Shown here in pieces: positions 63,626 to 64,000 of a stretch of 64,000 nt of DNA. The DNA is from Callorhinchus milii (taxonomy: Eukaryota). The stretch lies in contig NW_024704742.1 in NCBI RefSeq assembly GCF_018977255.1, positions 2,668,001 through 2,732,000 of the forward strand, read 5' to 3'. The notes beneath the pieces were generated by a model. It searched no databases. It worked only from the letters and a program-made list of their open reading frames with translations, and was not told the DNA's origin. How positions within the stretch are numbered: position 1 is the stretch's first letter; each line of letters begins with the position of its first letter. The translations under genes were made by a program, and so were the position numbers.

Positions 63626-64000
63626 AGTCTTGTGGCCGTTAGCATTCTCATCTCAGCGTCAGAGACTGGAGGTTCAAGCCACAAATTGGGGCTTAGCTCA
63701 CAGTCTAGGCTGATGCCCTAATGGGAAATGCTGCATTGTCAGGTGCCTAAATTCACTTTTAACCCAATTCCTAATGGCTATGGTACCACAGCGCAAACAC
63801 GTCCTGAATATCGTGCAAATTATTAACTGCCTGTTAATACCCTTCAGCATTGTGTTGTACCATTTCTCAAAGAAAGAGAAAAAATGGAATGAGTGGATAC
63901 AGACATTGCCTATTATTGCTTCCTATTCATCTTGGCTCATTGACTGCATTGCTATAATACTATCTTCGGCTCTCAGACCCTTCACTATCCATCAATAATC

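Noticed and set aside
1..64000. CRISPR array or other regularly spaced repeat system
   Set aside because: Recurring sequences are dispersed SINE/LINE tails at irregular spacing on both strands, with no repeat-spacer periodicity.

Overview
Eukaryotic, intron-dominated window. The repeat content (CR1 and L2 LINE remnants, Deu-domain SINEs resembling dogfish SacSINE1, a shark-type Penelope-like repeat) points to a cartilaginous fish, possibly a holocephalan; this is inferred, not searched. The only protein-coding gene I can support is a + strand STPG2-like gene (SHIPPO/PGP repeats). Six internal exons (4887-5002, 5925-6036, 22624-22731, 25905-26064, 30689-30852, 39347-39442) splice through GT-AG sites with matching phases into 756 nt / 252 aa. 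The exon at 22624 is not in the ORF track. I could not find the gene start or end, and after 39442 the window appears to be one intron of more than 24 kb. Notable non-coding observations: (1) a TA-flanked 1.4-kb element with 64-bp terminal inverted repeats enclosing a decayed non-LTR reverse-transcriptase fragment; (2) a Penelope-like repeat with a decayed minimal hammerhead ribozyme; (3) a SINE>CR1>SINE triple nest; (4) a modular tRNA-Ala SINE family whose 3' hairpin covaries with the L2 tail; (5) several candidate conserved enhancers. No prokaryotic-type systems (CRISPR, operons) are present. Boundaries of decayed repeats are approximate.
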